Assembly (NCBI GenBank): GCA_949285145.1
Contig: CASDXQ010000002.1
Span: 17,516 to 81,515 of the forward strand
Direction: 5' to 3'
Length of the DNA: 64,000 nucleotides
Source of the DNA: an uncultured Spirochaetales bacterium
Lineage (GTDB): Bacteria > Spirochaetota > Spirochaetia > Sphaerochaetales > Sphaerochaetaceae
The notes beneath the pieces are model-generated. The model worked only from the letters and a program-made list of their open reading frames with translations. It was not told where the DNA came from and did no database searches. This document shows positions 28,742 to 37,979 of the stretch, in pieces. How positions within the stretch are numbered: position 1 is the stretch's first letter; the number at the start of each line of letters is the position of its first letter. Both the position numbers and the translations under genes were made by a program.

Positions 28742-29768
28742 ACATCGCATCCCCATAGCTGAAAAAGCGGTATCCCGCATCTATTGCATGCTGGTATGCT
28801 CTGAAAATGTTATCCTTGCCGGCAAGCGCGCTCACAAGCATCAGAAGCGTTGACTCAGGTGTATGGAAATTGGTCAGCAGGCTATCCACTGTCCTGAACC
28901 TGTACCCGGGATAGATGAATATGTTGGTGCGATGTGTTCCTGCACTGATCAGGCCGTCATCGCCGCTGGCACTTTCCAGCGTTCTCACGCTTGTAGTCCC
29001 CACAGCTACGATCTTCTTCCCTTCCTTTTTAGCTTTATTGAATTCACATGCTGTCTCCTCGCTTATCGTATAGCGCTCAAAATGCATATGATGATCTTCA
29101 ATATTGTCGCTTCTCACTGGCAGGAATGTTCCGGCACCCACGTGCAGGGTGACTTCAAGTATCTTCACGCCCTTCGCCCTTATCTCATCAAGTATTTCCC
29201 TTGTGAAATGCAAACCTGCTGTCGGCGCAGCGACGGATCCCTCCTCAGATGCATAAACTGTCTGATATCGGCTTTCATCTGAAAAAGTATCTTCCCTCCT
29301 GATATAAGGAGGAAGAGGAACATGTCCGCAAAAAGAAAAGAAATCCTCACCGAGAACTCTGCCGAAATCAACGGTACGAGTTCCGTCCGCATTCTCGCCT
29401 GTAATAACTGCCTTCTCAACAAGGCGGCCTTCACTGTCGAAGAAAGAATATGATTTGCCCTTCTTCTGTCTGCGGGCTTTTGAAGTCATTGCCGTCCAGG
29501 TATGATCTTCATTTTCCTCGAGAAACAGGAATTCAACCTTTGCCCCGGTGTCGCTTATGCCATAGCAGCGGGCCTTGCGGACCTTTGAGTTATTGACAAC
29601 CATGACGCAGTTTTCATCGACAAGAGACACAATGTCCTTCATTGTCAGATCTTCGTATTCACCGTTTTTCCTGCTGAGATGCATCAGTTTCTCATCGCCG
29701 CGCCGTTCTACAGGAACCTGTGCGATCAGATTATCTGGGAGGTCAAAATAATAGTCTCTGGTCAGCAT
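28731..29768 (-). CDS. queA: S-adenosylmethionine:tRNA ribosyltransferase-isomerase
   Basis: Contains [20 protein letters not shown] and [11 protein letters not shown]. The start is placed at the Met preceded by GGAGG (29768). The track ORF begins at 29807. Confidence 0.88.
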   Translation of the reverse strand: MLTRDYYFDLPDNLIAQVPVERRGDEKLMHLSRKNGEYEDLTMKDIVSLVDENCVMVVNNSKVRKARCYGISDTGAKVEFLFLEENEDHTWTAMTSKARRQKKGKSYSFFDSEGRLVEKAVITGENADGTRTVDFGRVLGEDFFSFCGHVPLPPYIRREDTFSDESRYQTVYASEEGSVAAPTAGLHFTREILDEIRAKGVKILEVTLHVGAGTFLPVRSDNIEDHHMHFERYTISEETACEFNKAKKEGKKIVAVGTTSVRTLESASGDDGLISAGTHRTNIFIYPGYRFRTVDSLLTNFHTPESTLLMLVSALAGKDNIFRAYQHAIDAGYRFFSYGDAMFID

Positions 29769-30804
29769 CGTCGCTGCCTCCATCATATTCGATCCTGAGA
29801 AGATCATAAGCTTTCTTCGTCACCATGCGTCCTCTTGGTGTTCTCTTCAGATAGCCCTGCTGTATAAGATAAGGTTCATAAAAATCCTCAAGTGTCTCCA
29901 CAGCTTCCCCCACAGATATTGAAAGGGTATCCGCACCGACAGGTCCGCCCTGATAGAATTCTATTATCGTCCTGAGAATCGCCCTGTCCTGTTTCTCCAG
30001 TCCGTTCGGATCTATTCCAAGCTTGTCCAGACCGTAACGGACTACCTGCGTATCGATATTCCCGCCCTTCATCACATCTGCGAAATCCCTGAGTCTTTTG
30101 AGAAGCCTGTTTGCGATTCTAGGTGTTCCTCTGGAGCAGTGTGCAAGCAGAGCCGCCGCATCATCATCTATTCTGCAGTTGAGAATGGATGATGAACGCA
30201 ACACGATCTTCTTCAGCTCATCGTCATTGTAATATTCGAGATGTCCTGTTATTCCGAACCTTTCGGAAAGTGGAGTCGAGACAGAACCCGCCTTCGTTGT
30301 CGCACCGATAAGCGTGAAACGGGGAAGAGGTATCCTCATTGTCCTGGCACTGGGTCCCTGACCGATGACCCAGTCAATCTCGAAATCCTCCATTGCAATA
30401 TAAAGCATTTCCTCAAGAGCCGGTTTCAGACGGTGGATCTCATCAATGAAGAAGATTGAATTCTCTGTGACGTTCGTAAGAATTCCGGCAAGGTCTTTCG
30501 GCTTGTCAAGCGCAGGTGCGCTTGTCATTCTGAGTTCAGAGTGCATTTCATTGGCTATAATTGATGCAAGAGTTGTCTTACCCAGTCCCGGAGGGCCTAT
30601 GAGAAATGTATGGTCAAGAGCCTCGCCTCTTTCCCTTGCAGCCCTGATGAAGACTGAAAGGTTTTCCTTCAGCTGCGCCTGTCCCTGAAAGTCTTCAAGG
30701 TACTGGGGTCTCAGCACATTTTCCGTTTTTTCATCTGCCCTCTGAAATGTGACGGCTACGGGGCTGTCTTCTTCCGGATTGAAACCGTTGAAATCCTGCT
30801 TCAA
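29743..30804 (-). CDS. ruvB: Holliday junction branch migration helicase RuvB
   Basis: 353 aa with Walker [12 protein letters not shown], Walker B FIDEIHRL and sensor GATTKAG. Confidence 0.96.
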   Translation of the reverse strand: MKQDFNGFNPEEDSPVAVTFQRADEKTENVLRPQYLEDFQGQAQLKENLSVFIRAARERGEALDHTFLIGPPGLGKTTLASIIANEMHSELRMTSAPALDKPKDLAGILTNVTENSIFFIDEIHRLKPALEEMLYIAMEDFEIDWVIGQGPSARTMRIPLPRFTLIGATTKAGSVSTPLSERFGITGHLEYYNDDELKKIVLRSSSILNCRIDDDAAALLAHCSRGTPRIANRLLKRLRDFADVMKGGNIDTQVVRYGLDKLGIDPNGLEKQDRAILRTIIEFYQGGPVGADTLSISVGEAVETLEDFYEPYLIQQGYLKRTPRGRMVTKKAYDLLRIEYDGGSDDADQRLLF

Positions 30805-31427
30805 GTTAAGCTCCTCAATAAAAGCGGAAAGAGATGGTTCTCTGCCTGCTCTCTGTTCATGCTCCTGATATTATCCTTTTCCTTTTCAAGGAGTTTTTCA
30901 AGAGCCTTCAAGACAAGCTTCTTGTCAAAGCCCATCTGTGCAAAGGATTCTATCACATCTTCATAGTCTTTTGCCGAGCCGGTATGTACACTTTCCACAC
31001 CGCTTGGTGAATCATCGACATAGACAAGTGTGTCACGCAGCTGGAGAATGAGTTTCTGTGCTGTTTTATTCCCGATTCCCGGTATCCTCGAAAGTGTTGA
31101 CAGATCTCTGCGGTCAAGAGCGGATATGAGTTCGCTGACACTGATAGAGGAAAGGATTCTGAGCGCACCCTTTCCCGCGATTCCCGGCACCTTGATCAGC
31201 TGGTTGAAACATTCCCTTTCCGCATTATCGATAAAACCATAGAGAACCATCGCATCTTCCCTTACAACAAAAACAGTCAGAACCCTCACCGGCGCTCCTC
31301 CTGTAAACCGTGAATAATGGGCTGAGCATTTGGAACTCGTCTCAAGTATGTATTCAACGCCTGAAACATTGACAATGACATTGCCTTCACTTGTCTGAAC
31401 TATCACACCATTGAGCGCGTTTATCAT
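30801..31427 (-). CDS. ruvA: Holliday junction DNA-binding protein RuvA
   Basis: 208 aa with an OB fold and HhH motifs ([35 protein letters not shown]). It overlaps ruvB and ruvC by 4 nt each. Confidence 0.9.
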   Translation of the reverse strand: MINALNGVIVQTSEGNVIVNVSGVEYILETSSKCSAHYSRFTGGAPVRVLTVFVVREDAMVLYGFIDNAERECFNQLIKVPGIAGKGALRILSSISVSELISALDRRDLSTLSRIPGIGNKTAQKLILQLRDTLVYVDDSPSGVESVHTGSAKDYEDVIESFAQMGFDKKLVLKALEKLLEKEKDNIRSMNREQAENHLFPLLLRSLT

Positions 31428-31924
31428 TTTATACAGCCTCCCATTCTCTGCTTTGTACTGTTCATGACAGCATATGTGATGCAGTCGGCAAGCGCATCTG
31501 CCGCATGATCAGGCTTAGGCGGCCTGGAAAGCTTGAGAAGCAGCATCACCATCTGCTGTATCTGATTTTTGTCCGCACGTCCAACACCTGTGATTGCCAT
31601 TTTGATCTGCAGAGGCGTGAAATACTGCACATCGAGTCCTCTTCTCTTCATTTCCTGTGTTATGGCACCTATCACTTTCGCAACGGAAATTGATGATGAT
31701 ATGTTCTGTGCGAAGAAAATATCCTCAATGGACACAGCCTGTACATGATATTCATCAGCAAGCTCGCCTATCTTTGATGCAATTGAGTATATTCTGTCCT
31801 CAAGACTGAACTGTGTTGTTGTTTTTATCACACCAAAAGAAACAGGCTGGTAGCGTTGATTGTTATACTCGACAACACCCCAGCCCGTATTAGCCAGTCC
31901 CGGATCAACTCCAAGGATTATCAA
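31424..31924 (-). CDS. ruvC: Crossover junction endodeoxyribonuclease RuvC
   Basis: 166 aa with the N-terminus MIILGVDPGLANTGWGVV and the downstream catalytic acidic region PDHAADALA. Confidence 0.9.
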   Translation of the reverse strand: MIILGVDPGLANTGWGVVEYNNQRYQPVSFGVIKTTTQFSLEDRIYSIASKIGELADEYHVQAVSIEDIFFAQNISSSISVAKVIGAITQEMKRRGLDVQYFTPLQIKMAITGVGRADKNQIQQMVMLLLKLSRPPKPDHAADALADCITYAVMNSTKQRMGGCIK

Positions 31925-31927
31925 TTG

Positions 31928-32668
31928 TCATTCCTCTTCAAAGTCATCAGGAAGGTCGAGGTTTGTTGAAACCTGCTGGACATCCTCAAGATCCTCGAGG
32001 CGTTCAACGATCTTGAGAACCTTGTTTGCCTTCTCCTTGTCAAGCGTGACGGTCGTATCGGCAATCTTGCTGACATCTGCAGAATCCTGCTCGAAACCGG
32101 CACTCTGCATAGCCTCAAGAACGGATGCGAAATCAGAAGCGGAAGTCGTGACTTCAATCACGCCGTCATCTGTGCTCACATCTTCGGCACCGTTCTCAAG
32201 AGCAGCCTCAAAAATCTGTTCCTCTGTGTATTTTGAAGCATCATATGTAATGACGCCTTTTGTCTGGAACATGTATGAGACACAGCCTGTTGCACCGAGA
32301 GAGCCGCCGAGTTTTGTGAGTGTGCTTCTCACATCCGCTGCTGTCCTGTTCTTGTTATCCGTCAGTGTATCGATGATGATGGCAACTCCGCCAGGAGCAT
32401 ATCCTTCATATGTAAGCTCGTAGAAAGTTGTGTTCGCATCCTCTCCGCTTGCTTTCTTGATCGCTCTTTCGATATTGTCCTTAGGCATGTTCTCGGCTCT
32501 GGCCTTGAGAACAGCTGTACGAAGTCTTGCATTGGAATCAGGATCTGCACCGCCCATCTTGGCAGCCACCGTGATTTCCTTGATAAGCTTTGTGAATTTC
32601 TGACCGCGCTTCGCATCAGCAAGACCTTTCTTGTGTTTGATTGTTGCCCACTTACTATGGCCTGACAT
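31928..32668 (-). CDS. yebC: YebC/PmpR family transcriptional regulator
   Basis: 246 aa. The N-terminus MSGHSKWATIKHKKGLADAKRGQKFTKL is diagnostic. Confidence 0.9.
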   Translation of the reverse strand: MSGHSKWATIKHKKGLADAKRGQKFTKLIKEITVAAKMGGADPDSNARLRTAVLKARAENMPKDNIERAIKKASGEDANTTFYELTYEGYAPGGVAIIIDTLTDNKNRTAADVRSTLTKLGGSLGATGCVSYMFQTKGVITYDASKYTEEQIFEAALENGAEDVSTDDGVIEVTTSASDFASVLEAMQSAGFEQDSADVSKIADTTVTLDKEKANKVLKIVERLEDLEDVQQVSTNLDLPDDFEEE

Positions 32669-32748
32669 AATAACCTCTTTATCTGAAAAGTTTACTTCAT
32701 TATTTTGAACGCTAAATAAGCTATCACAAAGAAAAAAAGACTGTCAAC

Positions 32749-33888
32749 CTAAAGATCTGCCAGCAAAGTCAACAGCACCTGGTTCATAACAAGTATGCCA
32801 TCTCTTTTCAATGTAAAGAATTCTTTTGAATCTTCGTAAAAATTCTGCCTCAACCCTGCAATTTTGCATCTGAACAATTCATCAAAATCTTCATTGAAGC
32901 GGGCTGCAAATTCCTTTTTATCTATGCCCCATTTAGTTCTCAGCGCCGTAAGAAGATACTCTTCAACCGCCTCATCTTTTTCCAGAGGCATGACATCAAA
33001 TGACGGGGAAGCGATGAATGAAGCGACATCCTCATTCTGTCTCATGGAGACAACAGAAGAATAACCGAGGGAAGATTCGGCAGAGGGCCCCAGTCCGATA
33101 TACTGCCCCAGATTCCAGTAGACAAGATTATGGGCACAATAGCTTCCGTTTCTTGAGAACGCACTGACTTCATACTGTTCAAAGCCCAGAGAAGCAAGCC
33201 TGTCCCAGAGTGTGCACAGATTATCCGCCTCCTCATCCTCATCAAGCGGCTTCTCCCTTCCGGTAAGCTTCGTTCCTTCTTCAAAAGTGAGTGAATAAAG
33301 TGAAAGATGATCGATATCGAAAGAAGAAAGCATCTCGATATCCTTTATTGCCTCATCTATGCTCTGACGCGGAATGTTTGTCATTAGATCCCCGTTTATC
33401 TTCAATCCGCTTTCCGAACGGAATTCCTCAAGCAGCCGGAGAGCTCTCACATTGACATCTCTGCTGGCATTGCGTCCCAGTGTTCTCAGATGCCTGTCGC
33501 TGAAAGACTGGATTCCAACGGAAATGCGTGTGACACGATCGAGAAGAGACGAAAAAGACTGATCAAGTGTCTCGGGGTTTATTTCCATTGTGGTCTCAAT
33601 GCTTTTTCCGTATTCATATGCGATATCAAGAAGATTGCCTATCCTCCTGCTGCCAAGCAGACCGGGATTCCCTCCTCCGATGAAGACAGTCCTGAAAGGC
33701 CGCTTCAGTTCCGCAACCACACTGGAAAGTTCCATTGACAGCACCTCATAGAACTGGTCTACAATGCAGGTGTCACTTCTTTTTGAAAGAGGAAGGGAAT
33801 AGAAAGCACAATAATCACATTTTGTTGTACAGAAGGGAATGTGAATATACAGGGAAACGTCTTTCTGAGGATCAAGGTATTCTATCAT
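32749..33888 (-). CDS. hemW: Radical SAM heme chaperone HemW / oxygen-independent coproporphyrinogen oxidase-like protein
   Basis: 379 aa with the radical SAM cluster motif PFCTTKCDYCAF, FIGGGNP and a HemN_C-like tail. Confidence 0.8.
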   Translation of the reverse strand: MIEYLDPQKDVSLYIHIPFCTTKCDYCAFYSLPLSKRSDTCIVDQFYEVLSMELSSVVAELKRPFRTVFIGGGNPGLLGSRRIGNLLDIAYEYGKSIETTMEINPETLDQSFSSLLDRVTRISVGIQSFSDRHLRTLGRNASRDVNVRALRLLEEFRSESGLKINGDLMTNIPRQSIDEAIKDIEMLSSFDIDHLSLYSLTFEEGTKLTGREKPLDEDEEADNLCTLWDRLASLGFEQYEVSAFSRNGSYCAHNLVYWNLGQYIGLGPSAESSLGYSSVVSMRQNEDVASFIASPSFDVMPLEKDEAVEEYLLTALRTKWGIDKKEFAARFNEDFDELFRCKIAGLRQNFYEDSKEFFTLKRDGILVMNQVLLTLLADL

Positions 33889-33897
33889 CGGACACTC

Positions 33898-34887
33898 TCA
33901 GTCAAGGGAACCGATTCTGTTCACCGGCCAGAAACGGAAAAGAACCTTTCCGTTTATATCGTCCTCGCTCACAGGGCCGAAATAACGTCCGTCTCTTGAA
34001 TTGTCTCTGTTGTCACCCAGCGGCAGCGCATAGCCGTGAGGAACATAGATGCCGGCATTGTAACGCGCATTCCTGCTTCTTGCCTCCATGTCACTGGGAT
34101 CAATCAGTGTTTCATAAAGTGTCTGTTCCTTCGTAAATTCGTATGAATCAAGAATATACTGCTTGTCTTCCATCGTCTGATAATCGTTCAGCAGATGGTT
34201 TGGAGCAGAAGAAATGCCGGCCTCCTGGAGCGCATAAAGACGCGCGAAAGCCTGCAGCCCGGGATAGTAGTCCTGACCGATCAGTCGCCCAGGAGCGTCA
34301 GACAGTCCGTTATCAGAACGGAAAGCATCTTCAGGGATGTAGACACCGTATCCGGCAGGCTTTATGAGGACATCTCCGTTCTCGAATTTCACGCTGTCTC
34401 CGCCGAAGCCTGCAGCTCTTTTGACAAAAAGACGCTCCGCCGGGGTCCCGTCAGCATTCCTGTCGATATTGACAAGGGAAAGAGTTCCCATATATACGAC
34501 CTGTGAAAGAATATCAAAAAGAGGCCCTTTTGACTCATATTCAGGATTGTAGAACGTGATTATGTCGTCGCGGCTGACGTGCTTCGACGAGTCGAATATC
34601 TTTGTTCCCGCCGGATAAAGTTCCGTTCCGTAGCTCATCTTGCTGACAACCACCCTGTCACCAACTTCAATGGTATCGACCATCGAAGGAGATGGTATGA
34701 CGAAGAGCTGGAAAAGATACTGGTTTATCAGAAGAACGGCTATGATCGCGAAAACAAATGCATCAAGCCAAGAAAGCGCCTCGCTTTTCACACTCTTTTT
34801 CCTGCGCTTCTCGCTTTCCTTCATTCTCCTGCGGTCTGTAAGTATTTTTTCTGTTTTCTCCTCAAGAAAAGCATAAACTTTATCCAT
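33898..34887 (-). CDS. lepB: Signal peptidase I
   Basis: 329 aa with a TM anchor, the catalytic Ser box IPSPSMVDTI, the Lys box and GDNRDNSRDGRYFG. Confidence 0.85.
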   Translation of the reverse strand: MDKVYAFLEEKTEKILTDRRRMKESEKRRKKSVKSEALSWLDAFVFAIIAVLLINQYLFQLFVIPSPSMVDTIEVGDRVVVSKMSYGTELYPAGTKIFDSSKHVSRDDIITFYNPEYESKGPLFDILSQVVYMGTLSLVNIDRNADGTPAERLFVKRAAGFGGDSVKFENGDVLIKPAGYGVYIPEDAFRSDNGLSDAPGRLIGQDYYPGLQAFARLYALQEAGISSAPNHLLNDYQTMEDKQYILDSYEFTKEQTLYETLIDPSDMEARSRNARYNAGIYVPHGYALPLGDNRDNSRDGRYFGPVSEDDINGKVLFRFWPVNRIGSLD

Positions 34888-34949
34888 GCAGGAAAAAATA
34901 ACACAATGTCATATTTGTTGACAATAGAGACATGTTTAATTACCCTTAG

Positions 34950-36374
34950 ATGACTATGAAAAAAGAAGAAAAAGTGGTTGATGTCGAGCCTGTGAGGCTT
35001 CCTTATTTAGGTTCGATGCGGCCCGGCAAATATATACTGATTTTATTGATTGCAGCTGTCCTGCTTGTTTTCTTCATGCTTTTCCTGCTTCCCGGAATCG
35101 TGAAAGGCGGCCGCTATGTGACATTCACAAGCAGCCTGAGTGATGTTGGCATCATCCTTGACGGCAGATATCTGGGTTCAACCAGCGGAACAAATTATTT
35201 CATCTCATCCGGAAACCATGAGGCAGTATATGTGAAAAACGGAATCACTGTCGGCAATGACACAATTGAAATAGATCACCCGGTATTCGCGACACTTTTC
35301 ATCCGCAGAAGCGCCTGCGTTGATATAGAAGCGGAAAATACAGAGGGACTGTATGAAAGCATATTTGAGAACACGCTTGAAGGACTTGCGGACTACTCAG
35401 CCGTGCTCTCATATGATTCTTCCTACAACTATCCTCCTCTTTATTCGAACTATGCCGCGGATGCCGCCGCGCTTTCACTCCGGGATGTCAGCAGCGACAT
35501 GCATCTTCTCTCATCATTCGTGACGACAGAAGAAATGTATGATGATCTGGTTAACGCCCTCAGGATTCTCGACAGAGCCGGGATCACATATTCAACAGTC
35601 AGCACAGATCTTCTTCATGCCCTTTTAAGCGGAAATGCCGGCAGCACTGATGAGGTCATTGTCTCTCCTGATGAGAATACTGCATTCACATCTGACGGCT
35701 TTTATTCATACAGTGCAAGTTCATTCACAATGGGAGAGAATCAGGCTGTGACGGCTGACAGCATCAATACGCTCCCCGTTTATGTCAGCACGCAAGACTT
35801 CGAAATATCGCAATTTTACGTGACAGAATACGAATATGCGCTTTTTGTCCAAGAGAATCCGTACTGGGCGAAAAACAATATCGGTAATCTGATTGCTGAC
35901 AAAATGGCTGATGAATACTATCTTGCAGGCATAACGCTTTCAACAGCCTATGTCTCAAATCTTCCCATCAGGAACATAAGCTGGCATGCAGCTGATGCAT
36001 ACTGCAGATGGCTGTCAGAAAAGACGGGTGTCACATACCGCATGCCCAGCGAGGCAGAATGGTATCAGGCGGCCTCCGGTTCTTCAGACAAAGCATATGC
36101 AAAAAGCATCCTGAGTCTTGATGACGGCTCTCATACCTCTCCTCTTTCAATGCTTGGCGGCCTGTGGGAGTTCACATCAGACGCATATGTGCCACTTTCG
36201 CGCCTTGACGGCAGGACATATGATGAGGAAATCGTTCCTTCAGCTGATATAATAGTAAAAGGCGGCAGTTACATAAATGATCCCGGTTCAGTCACAGTGC
36301 AGACAGTCGGAGTCATGAGAAGGGAAGTCTGCAGTGATTACACAGGATTGCGACTTGTAAGAGAAAAGACATGA
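34950..36374 (+). CDS. Membrane-anchored FGE-sulfatase (SUMF1-like) domain protein
   Basis: 474 aa. It has an N-terminal TM helix (ILILLIAAVLLVFFMLFLLPGI), a PEGA-like stretch (VGIILDGRYLGSTSG), and a C-terminal FGE-type domain (ISWHAADAYCRWLSEKTGVTYRMPSEAEWYQA...GGLWEFTSD...VKGGSY...GLRLV). Its stop overlaps the smpB ATG as ATGA. Confidence 0.75.
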   Translation: MTMKKEEKVVDVEPVRLPYLGSMRPGKYILILLIAAVLLVFFMLFLLPGIVKGGRYVTFTSSLSDVGIILDGRYLGSTSGTNYFISSGNHEAVYVKNGITVGNDTIEIDHPVFATLFIRRSACVDIEAENTEGLYESIFENTLEGLADYSAVLSYDSSYNYPPLYSNYAADAAALSLRDVSSDMHLLSSFVTTEEMYDDLVNALRILDRAGITYSTVSTDLLHALLSGNAGSTDEVIVSPDENTAFTSDGFYSYSASSFTMGENQAVTADSINTLPVYVSTQDFEISQFYVTEYEYALFVQENPYWAKNNIGNLIADKMADEYYLAGITLSTAYVSNLPIRNISWHAADAYCRWLSEKTGVTYRMPSEAEWYQAASGSSDKAYAKSILSLDDGSHTSPLSMLGGLWEFTSDAYVPLSRLDGRTYDEEIVPSADIIVKGGSYINDPGSVTVQTVGVMRREVCSDYTGLRLVREKT

Positions 36375-36844
36375 GTAAAGAGAAAGACAACTTCAGACTT
36401 ATACAGAAAAACAAGAAAGCCTTCTTCAACTATGAAATAATCGAAGAGCTTGAATGCGGCATGGTGCTTGTCGGTACAGAGGTGAAGAGCGTCAGAGAAG
36501 GACGCTGCTCATTTTCCGACAGTTATGTGCAGATCAAAGACGGAGAACTGCAGCTTATCGGTTTTCTCATACAGCCCTACTCTCATGGCGGCAAGGTTTT
36601 CAATCACAGAAGCGACAGAATGAAAATCCTGCTTGCACATAAACAGGAAATCAAGAAATTCAGAAGAAAAGTCGAGGCAAAAGGAATGACCATCGTCCCT
36701 CTGGAGATCTACATAAAAAACAATCTGGTCAAGATGAAGATAGCCCTTGCACGCGGCAAGGCTGTTTATGACAAGAAAGAAGCCATAAAGGCGCGTGATC
36801 TGCAGAGGGAGCAGAGAAGAGAGATGAAAAGCCTCAATTATTAA
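36371..36844 (+). CDS. smpB: SsrA-binding protein SmpB
   Basis: 157 aa with NKKAFFNYEIIEELECGMVLVGTEVKSVREGR and a basic C-terminal tail. Confidence 0.92.
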   Translation: MSKEKDNFRLIQKNKKAFFNYEIIEELECGMVLVGTEVKSVREGRCSFSDSYVQIKDGELQLIGFLIQPYSHGGKVFNHRSDRMKILLAHKQEIKKFRRKVEAKGMTIVPLEIYIKNNLVKMKIALARGKAVYDKKEAIKARDLQREQRREMKSLNY

Positions 36845-37434
36845 TAGAGCAAAGGCATGTGAAGCTGTCCACTCTCCAGGAGAGAACACAGAATGTCAGC
36901 AAGTTTGCCGGCACTCATCCTGTAGCCGTCACGTACCCAGTATTCAATAACGCCCAGCGCACCTGCAACGGTGTAGTGATAGGATATTTCAGCTTCAGTT
37001 CTGTCAAGGCCTTTCAATATTGCAGCATTGACTGTTCCGTCATGCATGGCATCTACAATCTGGTCGATAAAATGCCTGCTTCCGCGTTTGGAGAGAATGA
37101 TCGAGCAGATTTCCCTGTTGTCCGTCAATGTATCAAGAATCGAATGCACGAAATCCCTGATGCGCGTACCGTCATTGTTTATCTGAGCAAGCGGTTTCCA
37201 GATTTTCTCAAAAAGCTCATTCTCAATTTCTCTCAGTATATCGGCAGGTTCGCTGTAATGAGCGTAGAAAGTATTCCGGTTCACTCTGGCTGCTTCGCAC
37301 AGTTCAGTGATCTTTATTTCGTCATATGACCTGGATCTCAGCAGTTCAAGCATTGTTTTCTTGAGCTTGTCGATTGTCTTGACAACTCTGGCATCCTTTC
37401 TGTCTGCTTTTCCAATCTTGCCGGTTTCCTTCAT
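36841..37434 (-). CDS. TetR/AcrR family transcriptional regulator
   Basis: 197 aa with an N-terminal HTH (RVVKTIDKLKKTMLELLRSRSYDEIKITELCEAARVNRNTFYAHY). Convergent with smpB (4-nt overlap) and divergent from ssrA. Confidence 0.8.
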   Translation of the reverse strand: MKETGKIGKADRKDARVVKTIDKLKKTMLELLRSRSYDEIKITELCEAARVNRNTFYAHYSEPADILREIENELFEKIWKPLAQINNDGTRIRDFVHSILDTLTDNREICSIILSKRGSRHFIDQIVDAMHDGTVNAAILKGLDRTEAEISYHYTVAGALGVIEYWVRDGYRMSAGKLADILCSLLESGQLHMPLLY

Positions 37435-37542
37435 TTTTCTCCCTCAGCTACATAGATTAGCGCAAGAGAGACGGGTTTTCAATCAATACTTGCTTTTTAT
37501 CATACATTTTGTTAAATTAAATTTGATTTCAAGCACAGAAAC

Positions 37543-37916
37543 GGGGGTGTTCCAGTTTCGACTGCCGTCAGAGCAGGCTTGAGACTGCAGGCCAAGCGAC
37601 AACTTGTAAAACTATCACCAAAAATTAAATGCAAAGAAAGAAGACGAATACGTCTCTGACGAAGCACTCGCTCTCGCTGCTTAAGCAGTGTTTTTGAGCA
37701 CGGCGTTGAAGGTGCTGATCCTAACCCGAGACTGTCCGACACCAACAGGGTCTTGCCTCTTCCACTCTGCCGTGGCTGAGGGACATTAAGGCAGATACCG
37801 CTCCGGTGTGTTGGCAGCATTACGCTACCGGTACGGGAAATCTCAAAATGCGGCTAAGCTCTGTAGACGTTTCAGGATGCCGCGGCAGGACAGGAGTGCG
37901 AGTCTCCTCACCTCCA
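37543..37916 (+). ncRNA. ssrA: tmRNA (SsrA)
   Basis: The 5' end is GGGGGTGTTCCAGTTTCGAC. The 3' end is GGACAGGAGTGCGAGTCTCCTCACCTCCA. A 7-bp acceptor stem (GGGGGUG/CACCUCC) contains the G3-U70 alanine identity pair, and a T-arm-like GAGTGCGAGTCTC is present. The internal tag frame GCA...TAA (37631-37684) encodes AKKEDEYVSDEALALAA. The terminal CCA is not encoded: the discriminator A is followed by TGG. Confidence 0.85.
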
Positions 37917-37925
37917 TGGAATTAA

Positions 37926-37962
37926 AAGCCTCATTCAGGTACTCTGCGATGAGGCTTATTTT
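37926..37962. terminator. Bidirectional hairpin terminator between ssrA and the Sir2 gene
   Basis: A 9-bp stem, AAGCCTCAT-(14 nt)-ATGAGGCTT. It is followed by ATTTT on the plus strand and TTTAATT on the minus strand. Confidence 0.65.
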
Positions 37963-37979
37963 CACTTCAGTAATGCTTT

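Noticed and set aside
37435-37542. Search for a palindromic TetR operator and a clear sigma-70 promoter for ssrA in the TetR-ssrA spacer.
   Set aside because: I found only weak candidates: TTGCTT-16 nt-TTAAAT about 25 nt upstream of the mature 5' end, and short AT palindromes such as AAATTT. This is not strong enough to annotate.
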